Shown here piece after piece: positions 1-9,397 of a stretch of DNA of 64,000 nt; the first letter of the stretch is position 1; every line of letters begins with the position of its first letter. The DNA is from Candidatus Eiseniibacteriota bacterium (GTDB lineage Bacteria; Eisenbacteria; RBG-16-71-46): the NCBI GenBank assembly GCA_016215625.1, contig JACRIW010000047.1:6281-70280 (forward strand). Direction: 5' to 3'. The notes beneath the pieces are model-generated. The model was given only the letters and a program-made list of their open reading frames with translations, made no database searches and was not told the origin of the DNA. The translations under genes and the position numbers were made by a program.

Positions 1-823
1 CGATCGCGCGCACGCGGCCGATGTAGCCGACGCGCTCCGACACCGAGATCGCGCCGCGCGCGTCGAGCAGGTTGAACATGTGCGAGCACTTGATGACGGC
101 GTCGTAGCCGGGCGCGACGAGCTTCAGGTCCAGCAGGCGCGACGCTTCGGCCTCCCAGATCTTGAACATCGTGAACAGCTCGGCCACCGGCGCGTGCTCG
201 AAGTTGTAGTGCGACCACTCCCACTCGTTGCGGACCCACAGGTCGCCCCACGTGACGCCGGGCGCCCACATCAGGTCCTGCACGCGGCTCGTCTTCTGCA
301 GCATCATGCCGATGCGGTCGAGGCCGTACGTGAGCTCGGCCGACACGACCGGCAGTTCGAGACCGCCGCACTGCTGGAAGTAGGTGAACTGCGAGATCTC
401 GGTGCCGTCCATCCACACCTGCCAGCCGAGGCCGGCGGCGCCGAGCGTCGGCGACTCCCAGTCGTCCTCGACCAGCCGCAGGTCGTGCTCGCGCGGATCG
501 ATGCCCATCGCGGCGAGCGACTGGAAGTACGCGTCCACCACGTCGGAGGGCGCGGGCTTCAGCAGCACCTGGTACTGGAAGAACTGCTGGAAGCGGTTCG
601 GGTTCTCGCCGTAGCGGCCGTCCTTCGGACGGCGCGAAGGCTCGACGTACGCGACGCGCCACGGCTCGGGTCCGAGCGAGCGCAGGAAGGTCGCCGGGTT
701 GAAGGTGCCGGCGCCGACTTCGGAGGGATACGGCTGCTGGATCACGCAGCCGCGCTCGGCCCAGAACTGCTCGAGCGCGAGGATCATCCCCTGCAGGGAT
801 TCGTTGGGCTTCAGGGTGCTCAT
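1..823 (-). CDS. glyQ: Glycine--tRNA ligase alpha subunit (5' part; C-terminus runs off window start)
   Basis: Reverse-strand translation from the ATG (complement of cat ~821-823) gives [23 protein letters not shown]...[21 protein letters not shown], the canonical GlyQ N-terminus. Not in the ORF track because no stop lies inside the window. Confidence 0.85.
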   Translation of the reverse strand, partial: MSTLKPNESLQGMILALEQFWAERGCVIQQPYPSEVGAGTFNPATFLRSLGPEPWRVAYVEPSRRPKDGRYGENPNRFQQFFQYQVLLKPAPSDVVDAYFQSLAAMGIDPREHDLRLVEDDWESPTLGAAGLGWQVWMDGTEISQFTYFQQCGGLELPVVSAELTYGLDRIGMMLQKTSRVQDLMWAPGVTWGDLWVRNEWEWSHYNFEHAPVAELFTMFKIWEAEASRLLDLKLVAPGYDAVIKCSHMFNLLDARGAISVSERVGYIGRVRAI

Positions 824-874
824 GGGGGTCCACGGTGGTGGAAGGCCGCGAGGGACTCGTGTGAACGGCGCAGT

Positions 875-1411
875 CTAGACGAGCGGCCCCTCGCCCGTCA
901 CGGCGCCGAAGGCGCCGAGAGCGCCGCCGCGGGCGCGGCGGTGATGCTCGAGCAGCCGGGCCAGCGCCTCCGCGGACAGCCCGTACGTGTCCGGCAGCGC
1001 GCCCTGGTAGCCGCAGATCGCCGAGTTCAGCCCGAGCAGCCCGGCCGGCGTTCCCTCCGGGGCGCGGCCCTCGCGGAAGTTCATCCCCACGAACCGCGTC
1101 AGCCCGAACGGCGGCGTGGCGTACACGCCGAACTCGCACACGTCGCTCCAGGCGATGCGGAACGTGCGAAGGGGCGAGACGCACTCGATGCCCTCGGCGT
1201 CGAGCGTGAGGGCATTGCCCTCGGGCCCCATGAGGAAGAGCGCGACCAGTGCGCAGAGCCCGAAGAAGATCGTCACGAACCAGCCGGAGGGCTCGTGGTC
1301 GCGGATCATGAGCACGCCGCCGGAGCCGAGCACGGCCGAGATCGCGGTGACCGCCCACTTGCGCCAGGGGCGCGGGCGCAGCGTGACGGGGAGCGGAGTA
1401 CCGGTATCCAT
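875..1411 (-). CDS. Hypothetical membrane protein, two TM helices followed by a PH-like soluble domain
   Basis: Track ORF 875..1525; internal Met (MDTGTPLPV) chosen as start. Two hydrophobic helices (WAVTAISAVLGSGGVLMI, WFVTIFFGLCALVALFLM). Confidence 0.5.
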   Translation of the reverse strand: MDTGTPLPVTLRPRPWRKWAVTAISAVLGSGGVLMIRDHEPSGWFVTIFFGLCALVALFLMGPEGNALTLDAEGIECVSPLRTFRIAWSDVCEFGVYATPPFGLTRFVGMNFREGRAPEGTPAGLLGLNSAICGYQGALPDTYGLSAEALARLLEHHRRARGGALGAFGAVTGEGPLV

Positions 1412-1720
1412 GCGCGCAGGGTGTGCGAGGGCGGTGCGGTCGCGCAACCTCGCTGCCGGTGCCGCGACCGTTCCGTCGCGGCACCACGGACAGTGGGCAC
1501 CCGGCAGAGCTTCCCCCGAAGGCATCCACCGATGCTTCCCGTCCGTGGCGTCGCAACGTCCGGCGGACCTTCCCGGACCTGCTTCGTGCTATCGTGCGCG
1601 CCGCTTCCCCCGAAGCGCCCGTGCGAAATCCAGATATTCCTCTGTCCTGACACAGTAGGCATATCGCGTGGCGTCTCCCATACGTGAATCCACGTAGCGC
1701 TTTGGAGAGGGGGAGCCTTC

Positions 1721-2587
1721 GTGCCCTTGACCGACGACGACCTCGACGCCCTGCAGACCGCGCTGCTCGCCCTGCACGAGGAACGCGATCTCGAGAGCTT
1801 TCGCGCCCATGCCCCGGAGATCGTGTTGCGGGCGGTGCCCGGCGACTACTTCGTGTGGACCGAGAACGGTTTCACGAACACGTCCGACCCGATGCGCAAC
1901 CTCGTGCTCTGGGAGCACCCGGTGCGCCTGACGCCGAAGGACATGAGGCGGCTGCTGTCGCTCGTGGACCAGCACCCTTTCACCCTGCACGCGAAGGCCA
2001 CCGGCGACTGGGGGCCGGTGAAGCTGTCCGACTTCTGGACCGACGAGCAGCTGAAGGCGTCGGTGTTCTGGCGCGACATCTATCGCAAGCTCGGGACGGG
2101 GCGGCTCATCGCCTGCGCGGTGTTCCGCGGCAACCGGTTCGGCACGATCAACGTGAGCCGGCCGCTCGACGCGCCGGACTTCGACGAGCGCGACCGCGAC
2201 ATGATGCGGCTGCTCACGCCGCATTTCCTGCAGGCGCATCACGCCGCCGAGCGCGTCTCGGCGTTGCGCAGCGAGACCGCGATTCCCGCGTCGGCGCTGG
2301 GGCTCACCGCGCGCGAAGTCGAGGTCGGCACCTGGATCGCGCGTGGCCGGACGAATCCCGAGATCGCGAAGATCCTCGCGATGCAGCCGCGCACGGTCGA
2401 GAAGCACGTCGAGCGCATCCTGCTCAAGCTCGGGGTCGACAACCGCACGTCGGCGGCGATGCTGCTCGCCGGCCGTGTCCCGATGGGCTCGGGTTTCTCC
2501 TCTCCCACGCCGCCGGCGCTCGTTGCCGAAAAGCGATCTCGAGTACGGAAGCCTCCAAAGCCCGAGACCAAGCGGCGGAATAGCTGA
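1721..2587 (+). CDS. LuxR/GerE-family transcriptional regulator with an uncharacterised ~200-aa N-terminal domain
   Basis: GTG start preceded by GGAGAGGGGGAG RBS. C-terminal HTH LGLTAREVEVGTWIARGRTNPEIAKILAMQPRTVEKHVERILLKLGV is typical LuxR/GerE. Confidence 0.8.
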   Translation: MPLTDDDLDALQTALLALHEERDLESFRAHAPEIVLRAVPGDYFVWTENGFTNTSDPMRNLVLWEHPVRLTPKDMRRLLSLVDQHPFTLHAKATGDWGPVKLSDFWTDEQLKASVFWRDIYRKLGTGRLIACAVFRGNRFGTINVSRPLDAPDFDERDRDMMRLLTPHFLQAHHAAERVSALRSETAIPASALGLTAREVEVGTWIARGRTNPEIAKILAMQPRTVEKHVERILLKLGVDNRTSAAMLLAGRVPMGSGFSSPTPPALVAEKRSRVRKPPKPETKRRNS

Positions 2588-2753
2588 AAGCCTCGCGCTC
2601 GCCCCGGCGTGGTCGTGTTATTTTCGGCGCGCCTTTCCCCGACCATCCGCAGCACGCACCGCTCGCACCCGGCCGCGTTCCGCCCGGGCGCCTGCCGGTC
2701 GTGCCTGCCGAGGCCGCGGCGCAAACGGCCCGACGGTCGCCCGGGGAAAGACC

Positions 2754-3584
2754 ATGACATTGGACGCACGAGACCTCGAGATCCTGCAGCAGGCGATGCT
2801 CGAGCTGCACGAGGAGCGGGACACCGCCGCCTTTCGCGACGCGGTGCCGGCGATCCTCCGGCGCGCGATTCCCGCCGACTACTTCCTGTGGATGGAAGGT
2901 GGCGTTTCGCGCCTGACCCACGCGGACGACGGCACGCATGCCGCGCTCGACGTCGTGCGCTGGGAGAAACCCCGGCGATTCACCGCCGAGCGGACCGAGC
3001 GCCTCCTGTCGCTGCTCGACGAGCACCCGTTCACCGAGCACGCGAGGCGCACCGGAGACTGGGGACCGCTGCGGCTGTCCGACTTCTGGACCGACGCGCA
3101 GCTGAAGCGCTCGGCGCTCTGGCGGGACGTCTACCGCCACGTGGGCATCGGCCGCCTGCTCGCGGCCGCGGCGTTTCGCGGCGACCGCGTGGGCACGCTC
3201 AACTTCGGCCGCGCGCCCGGCGCGCGCGACTTCTCCGAACGTGACCGCACCATGATGAAACTGCTGCTGCCGCACTTCGTGCAGGGGCTCCAGGCCGCCG
3301 AGCGGGAATCGCGGCTCGCGTCCGGCCAGGCCGACTCGCTGCCCACGCTCGGTCTCACGAAGCGCGAAGTGCAGGTCGCCGCCCTGCTCGCACGGGGCAG
3401 GTCGAACGACGAGATCGGCCGCATCCTCGCCATGCAGCGCCGGACGGTCGAGAAGCACGTCGAGCGCATCCTCACGAAGCTCGGCGTCGAGAACCGCACG
3501 GCCGCCGCGGTCGTGGTCGGCGGCCGGCTCGGGCAGGACGGCCCGGTCACGCCACCGGCCTCAGTGCGGCGCGTCCGCCGGTGA
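2754..3584 (+). CDS. LuxR/GerE-family transcriptional regulator, tandem paralog of the preceding gene
   Basis: ATG at 2754 in frame with track ORF 2343..3584. Same architecture and clear sequence similarity to 1721..2587 (DLE.LQ.A.L.LHEERD...GDWGP..LSDFWTD.QLK.S..WRD.Y). HTH LGLTKREVQVAALLARGRSNDEIGRILAMQRRTVEKHVERI. Confidence 0.8.
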   Translation: MTLDARDLEILQQAMLELHEERDTAAFRDAVPAILRRAIPADYFLWMEGGVSRLTHADDGTHAALDVVRWEKPRRFTAERTERLLSLLDEHPFTEHARRTGDWGPLRLSDFWTDAQLKRSALWRDVYRHVGIGRLLAAAAFRGDRVGTLNFGRAPGARDFSERDRTMMKLLLPHFVQGLQAAERESRLASGQADSLPTLGLTKREVQVAALLARGRSNDEIGRILAMQRRTVEKHVERILTKLGVENRTAAAVVVGGRLGQDGPVTPPASVRRVRR

Positions 3585-4430
3585 CCACTTCACGTCGAGC
3601 ACTTCGAGCTCGGCGTAGTCGTACGCACCTTCCGGCGGGTGCCAGCGCGCCGTCCCTCTCGAGGGCAGCACTGGTCCGCCGAAGTGCCGGTAGTCGCGCA
3701 TCGGCGTGCTCCAACGCCAGCGCGCGAAGCGCCGGCCGTCGGGTGAGGCGGCGAGACGATCGTCGGAGACGAAGTCGGTCAGGCGTCCCGAGCGGTCGAA
3801 GACGATGCGTGCGCGCACGGTGTGCCCGGCGTTCGTGAACGTCGCCGCGGTGGTGTCGGACGACACGGCCTCCCACGTGATCGCCGGGTCGAGCAACGTC
3901 CCGGGGGCGAGGATCGCCATGTCGTTCAGGAGCGTCACCGTCTCGGAGACGTCCATCTCCGGGCCGCGGGCACGCATCACGGGAAACACCCCGGCGATCC
4001 GGATGTCCATGGTGGCGTGCGCTCCCACGTAGCGGTGCAGCCCGATCACGGGTAGCCCCATCATGGTCGCACGCAGGAAGAACAGCCGCGCCGGCGGATT
4101 CGTGAAGCTCACCTGCTCGACTTCGATCGGCATCCACGGCGCGTCCGGTCCGCCGCGGATGCGGCCACGAAACCGCGCGCGATACTCGTACGGGAATGCG
4201 CGGCCGACCGCGCCCGTGTACGCAACGTAGCGCCGCACGGGGGCCGGCAGGTGCGCCAGTTCGTCCTCGCGCACGAGGCGTGCGGACGGCATCACCGCAC
4301 GACCGGCGGCCACGTCGTGCTCGAACTGCCGCCGCAGTTCTCCGCCCGTGTACACCTGCCAGCCGAGTCCCGCGGCGGCGATCGCGAGTGCGGCCGACGC
4401 CGCGATCGCCGCGCGGCGGAGGGTGTTCAC
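3561..4430 (-). CDS. Hypothetical secreted/membrane-anchored protein
   Basis: 289-aa ORF. N-terminal hydrophobic segment AAIAASAALAIAAAGLG. 4-nt ATGA overlap with upstream DUF3224 gene. Confidence 0.6.
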   Translation of the reverse strand: MNTLRRAAIAASAALAIAAAGLGWQVYTGGELRRQFEHDVAAGRAVMPSARLVREDELAHLPAPVRRYVAYTGAVGRAFPYEYRARFRGRIRGGPDAPWMPIEVEQVSFTNPPARLFFLRATMMGLPVIGLHRYVGAHATMDIRIAGVFPVMRARGPEMDVSETVTLLNDMAILAPGTLLDPAITWEAVSSDTTAATFTNAGHTVRARIVFDRSGRLTDFVSDDRLAASPDGRRFARWRWSTPMRDYRHFGGPVLPSRGTARWHPPEGAYDYAELEVLDVKWSPADAPH

Positions 4431-4822
4431 GCGGGCAGGTCCCAGTTGAACACGTACGAATGCCGGCCGGCCTCGATCACGATCTCGAGCGTGCCCGTGA
4501 GTCCGGCGAGCGCGCCGGTGCCCGAATCGGGCACGACCGTGATGCGCAGCGACGGCGTGCCCCGCTCCATGACGCCGGTGTGCTGCAGCACGAACGAACC
4601 TTCGCGGCCCTCGAGCGTGCCGGTGACGCGCTCGATCGCGGAGTACGCCGCCGAGCCCTTCACGAGCGTCGTCGCCGAGATCATCGTGCCGATCGCGTCC
4701 GCCTCGAGCGCGCCGTGATAGCGCTTCTCGAGCGCGAGCCGCGCGAGCGTCACGCCGCCCTCGGCGGGGTCGCTCTCCTGCGGCGTCATCTTCACGTCGA
4801 ACGGTCCGGTGCTGCGGTTCAT
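4427..4822 (-). CDS. DUF3224-like small protein
   Basis: Start MNRSTGPFDVKM with GAGGAGG RBS. Stop overlaps next gene start (ATGA). Confidence 0.6.
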   Translation of the reverse strand: MNRSTGPFDVKMTPQESDPAEGGVTLARLALEKRYHGALEADAIGTMISATTLVKGSAAYSAIERVTGTLEGREGSFVLQHTGVMERGTPSLRITVVPDSGTGALAGLTGTLEIVIEAGRHSYVFNWDLPA

Positions 4823-4850
4823 CGAGCCTCCTCGTTGCGGAACGCGGCGT

Positions 4851-5648
4851 TCATTCGGCGTCCCGGGTGTCACGCACGGCGGGCGGCGCCGCGTTCTCGA
4901 GCGTGCGCAGCACTTCGAGCGAGCGCAGTCCCTGGAAGCGCTGGAAGTGCATCCGCAGGAAGTCGTCCACCACGCGGAACAGTTCGCCCGCTCGCGGCAG
5001 CTCGACGTACTCGCCGGCGTCCGCCACGGGCCGCGACAGGATGAGCGAGAACGAAGCGAGTGCGTCCGGCGACAGCACGATCACGCCGCCTTCACGCCCC
5101 GCGCAGCCGTCGCACAGCAGGCCGCCGCGTGCGGGCGAGAACACGCGCCGCGCGGAAACCGGCCGGCCGTCCACCGCGCACGCGTCGAGACGCGGCCGGT
5201 AGCCCAGCTCGCTCGCGAGCTGGAGCTGGAACGCGAGCGTGACGGCCGCGAGCGTGCCGACCGGCGCCTTCGCACAGCCGGCGAGCGTGGCGATGAGCAG
5301 CGCGTACAGTTCGCCGTGCGGCTCCTCACCCCAGACGAGCCGGTCCACCAGTTCGAGCGACGCCTGCGCGTGCGCCAGACGCGTGATGTCGGTGAGCCGA
5401 GAGCCGAGCGGATCGAGGACTTCCGCCTGGCTCAGCAGGTGCAGGTCTCGATCGGGCTTCTGGTAGAACACGAATCGCGATCGCGACAGCGGCTCGAGCG
5501 CGAACCCGAATCGCGAGGGAGTCTTGCGCGCGCCCTTGGCGACGAACCGCCGGAGCCCGTAATCCCGGGTGTACGCGGCGACGATGCGGCTCGTGTCGCC
5601 CAGCGCGTGCACCTTGAGGACGATGCCCTCGGTGGAAACGATCGCCAT
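4851..5648 (-). CDS. recO: DNA repair protein RecO
   Basis: MAIVSTEGIVLKVHALGDTSRIVAAYTRDYGLRRFVAKGARK..LLCDGCAG matches the RecO N-terminal OB fold and C-terminal Zn motif. The long upstream extension of the track ORF is non-coding/antisense. Confidence 0.85.
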   Translation of the reverse strand: MAIVSTEGIVLKVHALGDTSRIVAAYTRDYGLRRFVAKGARKTPSRFGFALEPLSRSRFVFYQKPDRDLHLLSQAEVLDPLGSRLTDITRLAHAQASLELVDRLVWGEEPHGELYALLIATLAGCAKAPVGTLAAVTLAFQLQLASELGYRPRLDACAVDGRPVSARRVFSPARGGLLCDGCAGREGGVIVLSPDALASFSLILSRPVADAGEYVELPRAGELFRVVDDFLRMHFQRFQGLRSLEVLRTLENAAPPAVRDTRDAE

Positions 5649-5653
5649 GCGGG

Positions 5654-6238
5654 TCAGCGCGCCCGCGCGGCGGGCTTCTTCTTCGCGGGTGCGGCCTTCT
5701 GCTTCGCCGCGGGCTTCTTCTTCGCGACGGCCTTCTGCTTCGCCGGCGCCTTCTTCGCGGCCGCGGCCTTCTTCTTCGCCGGCATCTTCTTGTTCCCGCC
5801 GAGGCGCGCTTCGTGCTGCGCGATCGCGTCCTCCACGGTCACGCTCGCGACGAGCCTCGCGACCGCGGGCTGCAGCAGCGCCTCGAGCGTCCGGAAGCGG
5901 ATGCACGAGCCGCCCATGTCGAGCTTCACGCCGGCGTCGCGGTACGCCTTCACGAACGCCTCCCGCACGCCGGGCTGCACGTACGCGCCCATGCTGTAGA
6001 GCGCGTAGTTGTGCTTCTGCGCCGCGAGCGCGAGCACCGCGTAGGGCTGGCCGTTGTACGTCACGGGCAGCCGGGCGGGCGGCACGATCCACGCGATCAT
6101 GCCGTACTGCATGACCTCGGCGAATCCCTTCGGCAGGTGCGCGTTCACGAGCTCGCGCACGGCCGAGAGTACGGCACGGCGATCGGCGGGCAGTTCCTTC
6201 AGGTATTGCGCGACGGACGTGGCCTTGCTGCTCACCAT
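5654..6238 (-). CDS. DUF1801 (YdhG-like) domain protein with C-terminal Lys/Ala-rich histone-H1-like tail
   Basis: N-terminal MVSSKATSVAQYLKELPADRRAVLSAVRELV... is typical DUF1801. C-terminus KKMPAKKKAAAAKKAPAKQKAVAKKKPAAKQKAAPAKKKPAARAR. Confidence 0.65.
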   Translation of the reverse strand: MVSSKATSVAQYLKELPADRRAVLSAVRELVNAHLPKGFAEVMQYGMIAWIVPPARLPVTYNGQPYAVLALAAQKHNYALYSMGAYVQPGVREAFVKAYRDAGVKLDMGGSCIRFRTLEALLQPAVARLVASVTVEDAIAQHEARLGGNKKMPAKKKAAAAKKAPAKQKAVAKKKPAAKQKAAPAKKKPAARAR

Positions 6239-6269
6239 GATGAGCCTCCGAGGAATCGAACGAGGTGCG

Positions 6270-6926
6270 TCAGGCGTCGGAGCTTTCGACCGGTACGGGA
6301 ACGCCGGGCTGCACGACGCCGCCCGAGACGACGACCTTGAGTCCCTCCTCGACGGACCAGTCGAGGTAGATGAGATCGGCCTTGGGCGCGTAGTGCACGA
6401 ATCCCGACGCGGGGTTCGGGGTGTGCGGAATGAACACGCACGCCACGTCCGCGCCGAGCCGTTTCTTGATGTCGTCGCTCACGTGCCCGGTCACGAATCC
6501 GATGCGCCACATGTTCGGCTGCGGCCACTGCACGAGCACGACCTTGCGGAAGGCCTGCTCCTCCTTCTGCGTGAGGAACGCCTCGCCGAGCGACTTGGTC
6601 GAGCCGTACACGAGCCCGACACCGGGAATGCGCGTGAGCGCCTTGTCCCACAGCCGTGCGATCGGCCCCTGCCCCGCGAGCGACGCGAGGAAGCCGACGA
6701 TCACGAGCAGCGTGAGCGTCGCGAGCAGCCCGAGCCCGGGAATGCGGTGGTAGTCGAGCGCCTCGAAGCGCAGGTAGCGCCCGAGCAGGTTGTCGACCCA
6801 GTTGAGCAGGCGATAGAAGACGAAAAGCGTCACCGCCGTCGGTGCGAGCACGAGCAGGCCGGTGAGCAGGTAGTTGCGAAGCCGGCCGAGCGGACCGACG
6901 GGACCCTTGGGGCGAGATGGCGTCAT
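6270..6926 (-). CDS. DUF502-family membrane protein
   Basis: Two N-terminal TM helices, then conserved FRKVVLVQWP...GFVTG...VFIPHTPNP motif block. Confidence 0.65.
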   Translation of the reverse strand: MTPSRPKGPVGPLGRLRNYLLTGLLVLAPTAVTLFVFYRLLNWVDNLLGRYLRFEALDYHRIPGLGLLATLTLLVIVGFLASLAGQGPIARLWDKALTRIPGVGLVYGSTKSLGEAFLTQKEEQAFRKVVLVQWPQPNMWRIGFVTGHVSDDIKKRLGADVACVFIPHTPNPASGFVHYAPKADLIYLDWSVEEGLKVVVSGGVVQPGVPVPVESSDA

Positions 6927-7023
6927 GGGGGAAGCGAGGCTCCGGGGTGCGTGCTTGGGATTCCGCGCGCACTCTATCGCGGCGCGCCCCGGCGTGCGAC
7001 CGCTCGGGCGAGGCGCCGGCCTA

Positions 7024-7629
7024 TCAGCGCCGCAGTCGTTCCGGCAAGGGCTGGATCGTCGCGTCGGGCTCGCGCAGTTTCCGCAGGCGGCGAGCGGCGT
7101 CCGGGTACGCGCTCATCCCGGAGGCGAGTACGGCACGGAGCGAATCGGCGCGCGTCGAGATGTCGAACGACGTTCCCGTACCGAGTCCCATGCCGGCCCA
7201 GCCGTCGAGCAGGTTCACGCGCCAGAAAGCCCTCACCTCGCCGTGCGAGAAGGTCGAGACGCGCACCACCCAGGGGTCGCGTCCGTCGGTGCGGTCGAGC
7301 ACGGGCTCGGGCGACATCCGCGCCTTCCACTGCCAGCCCTCCGGCAGCAGCGCGTCGGCGAAGCGGCGCACCCACGCGGCGCCGTTCGATCCGAAGGCGA
7401 GGATCTCCGCCGAGCCGAGCGAATGCCGGGTGCCGTCCGGGGCGACGTGCACGTCCTCGCTCGTCGCGACTTCGAGCATGACGGTGGCGCTGTCGCACGC
7501 GAGCAGCAGCGCGCGGGCGTCGGCCGCACTCCGGATCTCGAGCGGCGCACGCTCACCCGCGACGGCAGGCGCCGCGGGGACGAGCACGAACGAAGCGACG
7601 AGCACAACCACTCGAAGCAGACGGCGCAT
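7024..7629 (-). CDS. Hypothetical secreted protein
   Basis: Signal peptide MRRLLRVVVLVASFVLVPAAPAVA. No recognisable domain. Confidence 0.5.
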   Translation of the reverse strand: MRRLLRVVVLVASFVLVPAAPAVAGERAPLEIRSAADARALLLACDSATVMLEVATSEDVHVAPDGTRHSLGSAEILAFGSNGAAWVRRFADALLPEGWQWKARMSPEPVLDRTDGRDPWVVRVSTFSHGEVRAFWRVNLLDGWAGMGLGTGTSFDISTRADSLRAVLASGMSAYPDAARRLRKLREPDATIQPLPERLRR

Positions 7630-7683
7630 GCACGCCCTCCTCTCATGCTCCCGGTCGTTCGAGTCTCCCGGCCCGCCCGAACG

Positions 7684-8649
7684 CTATTTCAGCTTGAACT
7701 CCACCGGAACGGCGACCCACACGGCCACGGGCTTCTGCTCGCGCGTGGCGGGACGGAACTCCCACTGCCGCACGGCCACGAGCGCCGGCGCGTCGAGGCC
7801 GTTGACGCTCTTGTCGAGCTTCATGTCCTTGACCTTGCCGTCCTTGCCGACGAGCGCCTGCACGATCACGGTGCCCTCGAGTCCCGCGGCGCGCGCGGCC
7901 TCGGGATACGCGGGCGTCACCTTCTTGACGGGCACGGGCAGCGAATCCACGCGCACGTACTCGCCGAACTTCGGCAGCGGCTCGCCCCCGCCGGCGGCCA
8001 GCACCGCGGCGCGGCGCGCGGCGCGGAAGTTCGCGATCACCGTGTCGGCGGGCAGCGCCTCGCGCATCATGCCGAGCAGCGTGTCGGCCTTCTCGTCGAT
8101 CCAGAAGCCGCCGGGAATGCGGCCGCCGACACCGGCGAAGCCGCACCCTTCGAAGAAGTTCAGGTACGTCTGGCCCCGGCTCTTGCTCGAGAACCAGATC
8201 ACCGTGGTCATCCACGGCTGCGGTCCACCGTCCTGCTGCACGGGCGGCGGGCACAGCTGGTCCGACAGGTTGGTCGAAGTCGTCACGAGCGCGTTGGTGA
8301 AGCGCGTCATCCAGCTCTTGCCCACGCGCACCATGCCGAGCCGCTCGGTGTAGGGGAACTTCGTCTTCTCGCCCTTGGCGTCCACGGTGTCGCGCCAGAC
8401 CACCGCGACGCGGCCGACCTGGATCGAGTCCGCGGCCTGCATCGAGGCGAGCAGCGCCTCGACCGGCAGGTGACGAGGGGCGTCGGGCGGCACCGGCGCG
8501 CCGGGAGGCGGCCCCGACATGGGCGGCGTCGCGGACGAGGGGTTCTGCGGCTGGGCGGGTGCGGAACCGGCGGGCGGAAACGACAGCGCGGCGCTCGTGG
8601 CGAGCACGAGCAGCAGCGACGTGGTGGTGACGAGGACGGCGGGCTTCAT
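7684..8649 (-). CDS. TonB C-terminal-domain protein (energy transducer TonB family) with extra central domain
   Basis: N-terminal TM plus Pro-rich stretch. C-terminal YPEAARAAGLEGTVIVQALVGKDGKVKDMKL..NGLDAPALVAVRQWEFRPA matches TonB_C. Confidence 0.7.
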   Translation of the reverse strand: MKPAVLVTTTSLLLVLATSAALSFPPAGSAPAQPQNPSSATPPMSGPPPGAPVPPDAPRHLPVEALLASMQAADSIQVGRVAVVWRDTVDAKGEKTKFPYTERLGMVRVGKSWMTRFTNALVTTSTNLSDQLCPPPVQQDGGPQPWMTTVIWFSSKSRGQTYLNFFEGCGFAGVGGRIPGGFWIDEKADTLLGMMREALPADTVIANFRAARRAAVLAAGGGEPLPKFGEYVRVDSLPVPVKKVTPAYPEAARAAGLEGTVIVQALVGKDGKVKDMKLDKSVNGLDAPALVAVRQWEFRPATREQKPVAVWVAVPVEFKLK

Positions 8650-8735
8650 CGGAGCCTCCGGCGAATGGAAAGGAAGCGGGAAGTCACGACGAACCGTACG
8701 CCGTCATCCGTCGGGGGCACAACGGTCCGGACGGA

Positions 8736-9356
8736 TCAGTGCCCCTTCCGGGCGCGAGACTTGGCAACGACCGGACGCCGGGAGGGCGATTTCGCACGGC
8801 GGGCGGGTCCTGCGGGCTTCGCCGGGCGCGCGGGCCGGGTTGCGCGCGGCGCCGGCGTCGTGCGCGATGGCTTCGGCCACGCCTTCTCGAGCGCCGCGAT
8901 CGCCGCGGCGCCTTCGCTCATCGCGGCGTCCTCGTACGCGCGCATCACGCGCCGTTCGGCCGCCTTCATGTGATCGTGGCCGCACAGGTGGAGCGCGCCG
9001 TGAATCACCAGCCGAGCGAGTTCCTCGCCCTCGCTCACCTTCCAGCGCTTCGCCTGCACGCGCACGCGGTCCATCGAGACCACGAGGTCGCCTGTGACCG
9101 CCCGCGTGTCCGCGTCGGCCTCGTGCTCGTCGTACGCGAACGTGATCACGTCGGTCGCGTGATCCATGCCCCGCCAGTCGCGGTTGAGCGCACGCGTGGT
9201 CGCGTCGTCCGCGAGCACGACCGCGATCTCGCCGGTGCGGCGGCCGAGGCGCCGCAGGACGAGCGTCACGAGCGCGCGCAATGGCGCGCGCAGGCGCGCG
9301 GCGAGAGCGCGGCGCATGAAAAGTGGTGTCAAGACGATGGACATGGGCGGCATCAT
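8736..9356 (-). CDS. ybeY: rRNA maturation endoribonuclease YbeY with ~55-aa basic Pro/Ala/Arg-rich C-terminal tail
   Basis: Zinc motif HGALHLCGHDH and upstream DVITFAYDE. Tail PSRTTPAPRATRPARPAKPAGPARRAKSPSRRPVVAKSRARKGH. True start may be the internal Met (MRRALAARL). Confidence 0.8.
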   Translation of the reverse strand: MMPPMSIVLTPLFMRRALAARLRAPLRALVTLVLRRLGRRTGEIAVVLADDATTRALNRDWRGMDHATDVITFAYDEHEADADTRAVTGDLVVSMDRVRVQAKRWKVSEGEELARLVIHGALHLCGHDHMKAAERRVMRAYEDAAMSEGAAAIAALEKAWPKPSRTTPAPRATRPARPAKPAGPARRAKSPSRRPVVAKSRARKGH

Positions 9357-9397
9357 CGACGGAGGACGTCACTCACGCAATGCGACGGTGACGAACT

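Noticed and set aside
4851-6092. 413-aa ORF as an N-terminally extended RecO
   Set aside because: Residues upstream of MAIVSTEG are a low-complexity Arg/Glu/Gly run (EEGRGREEGAGEAEGRREEEARGEAEG) antisense to the real DUF1801 gene with its AKK tail. RecO homology starts at the internal Met.
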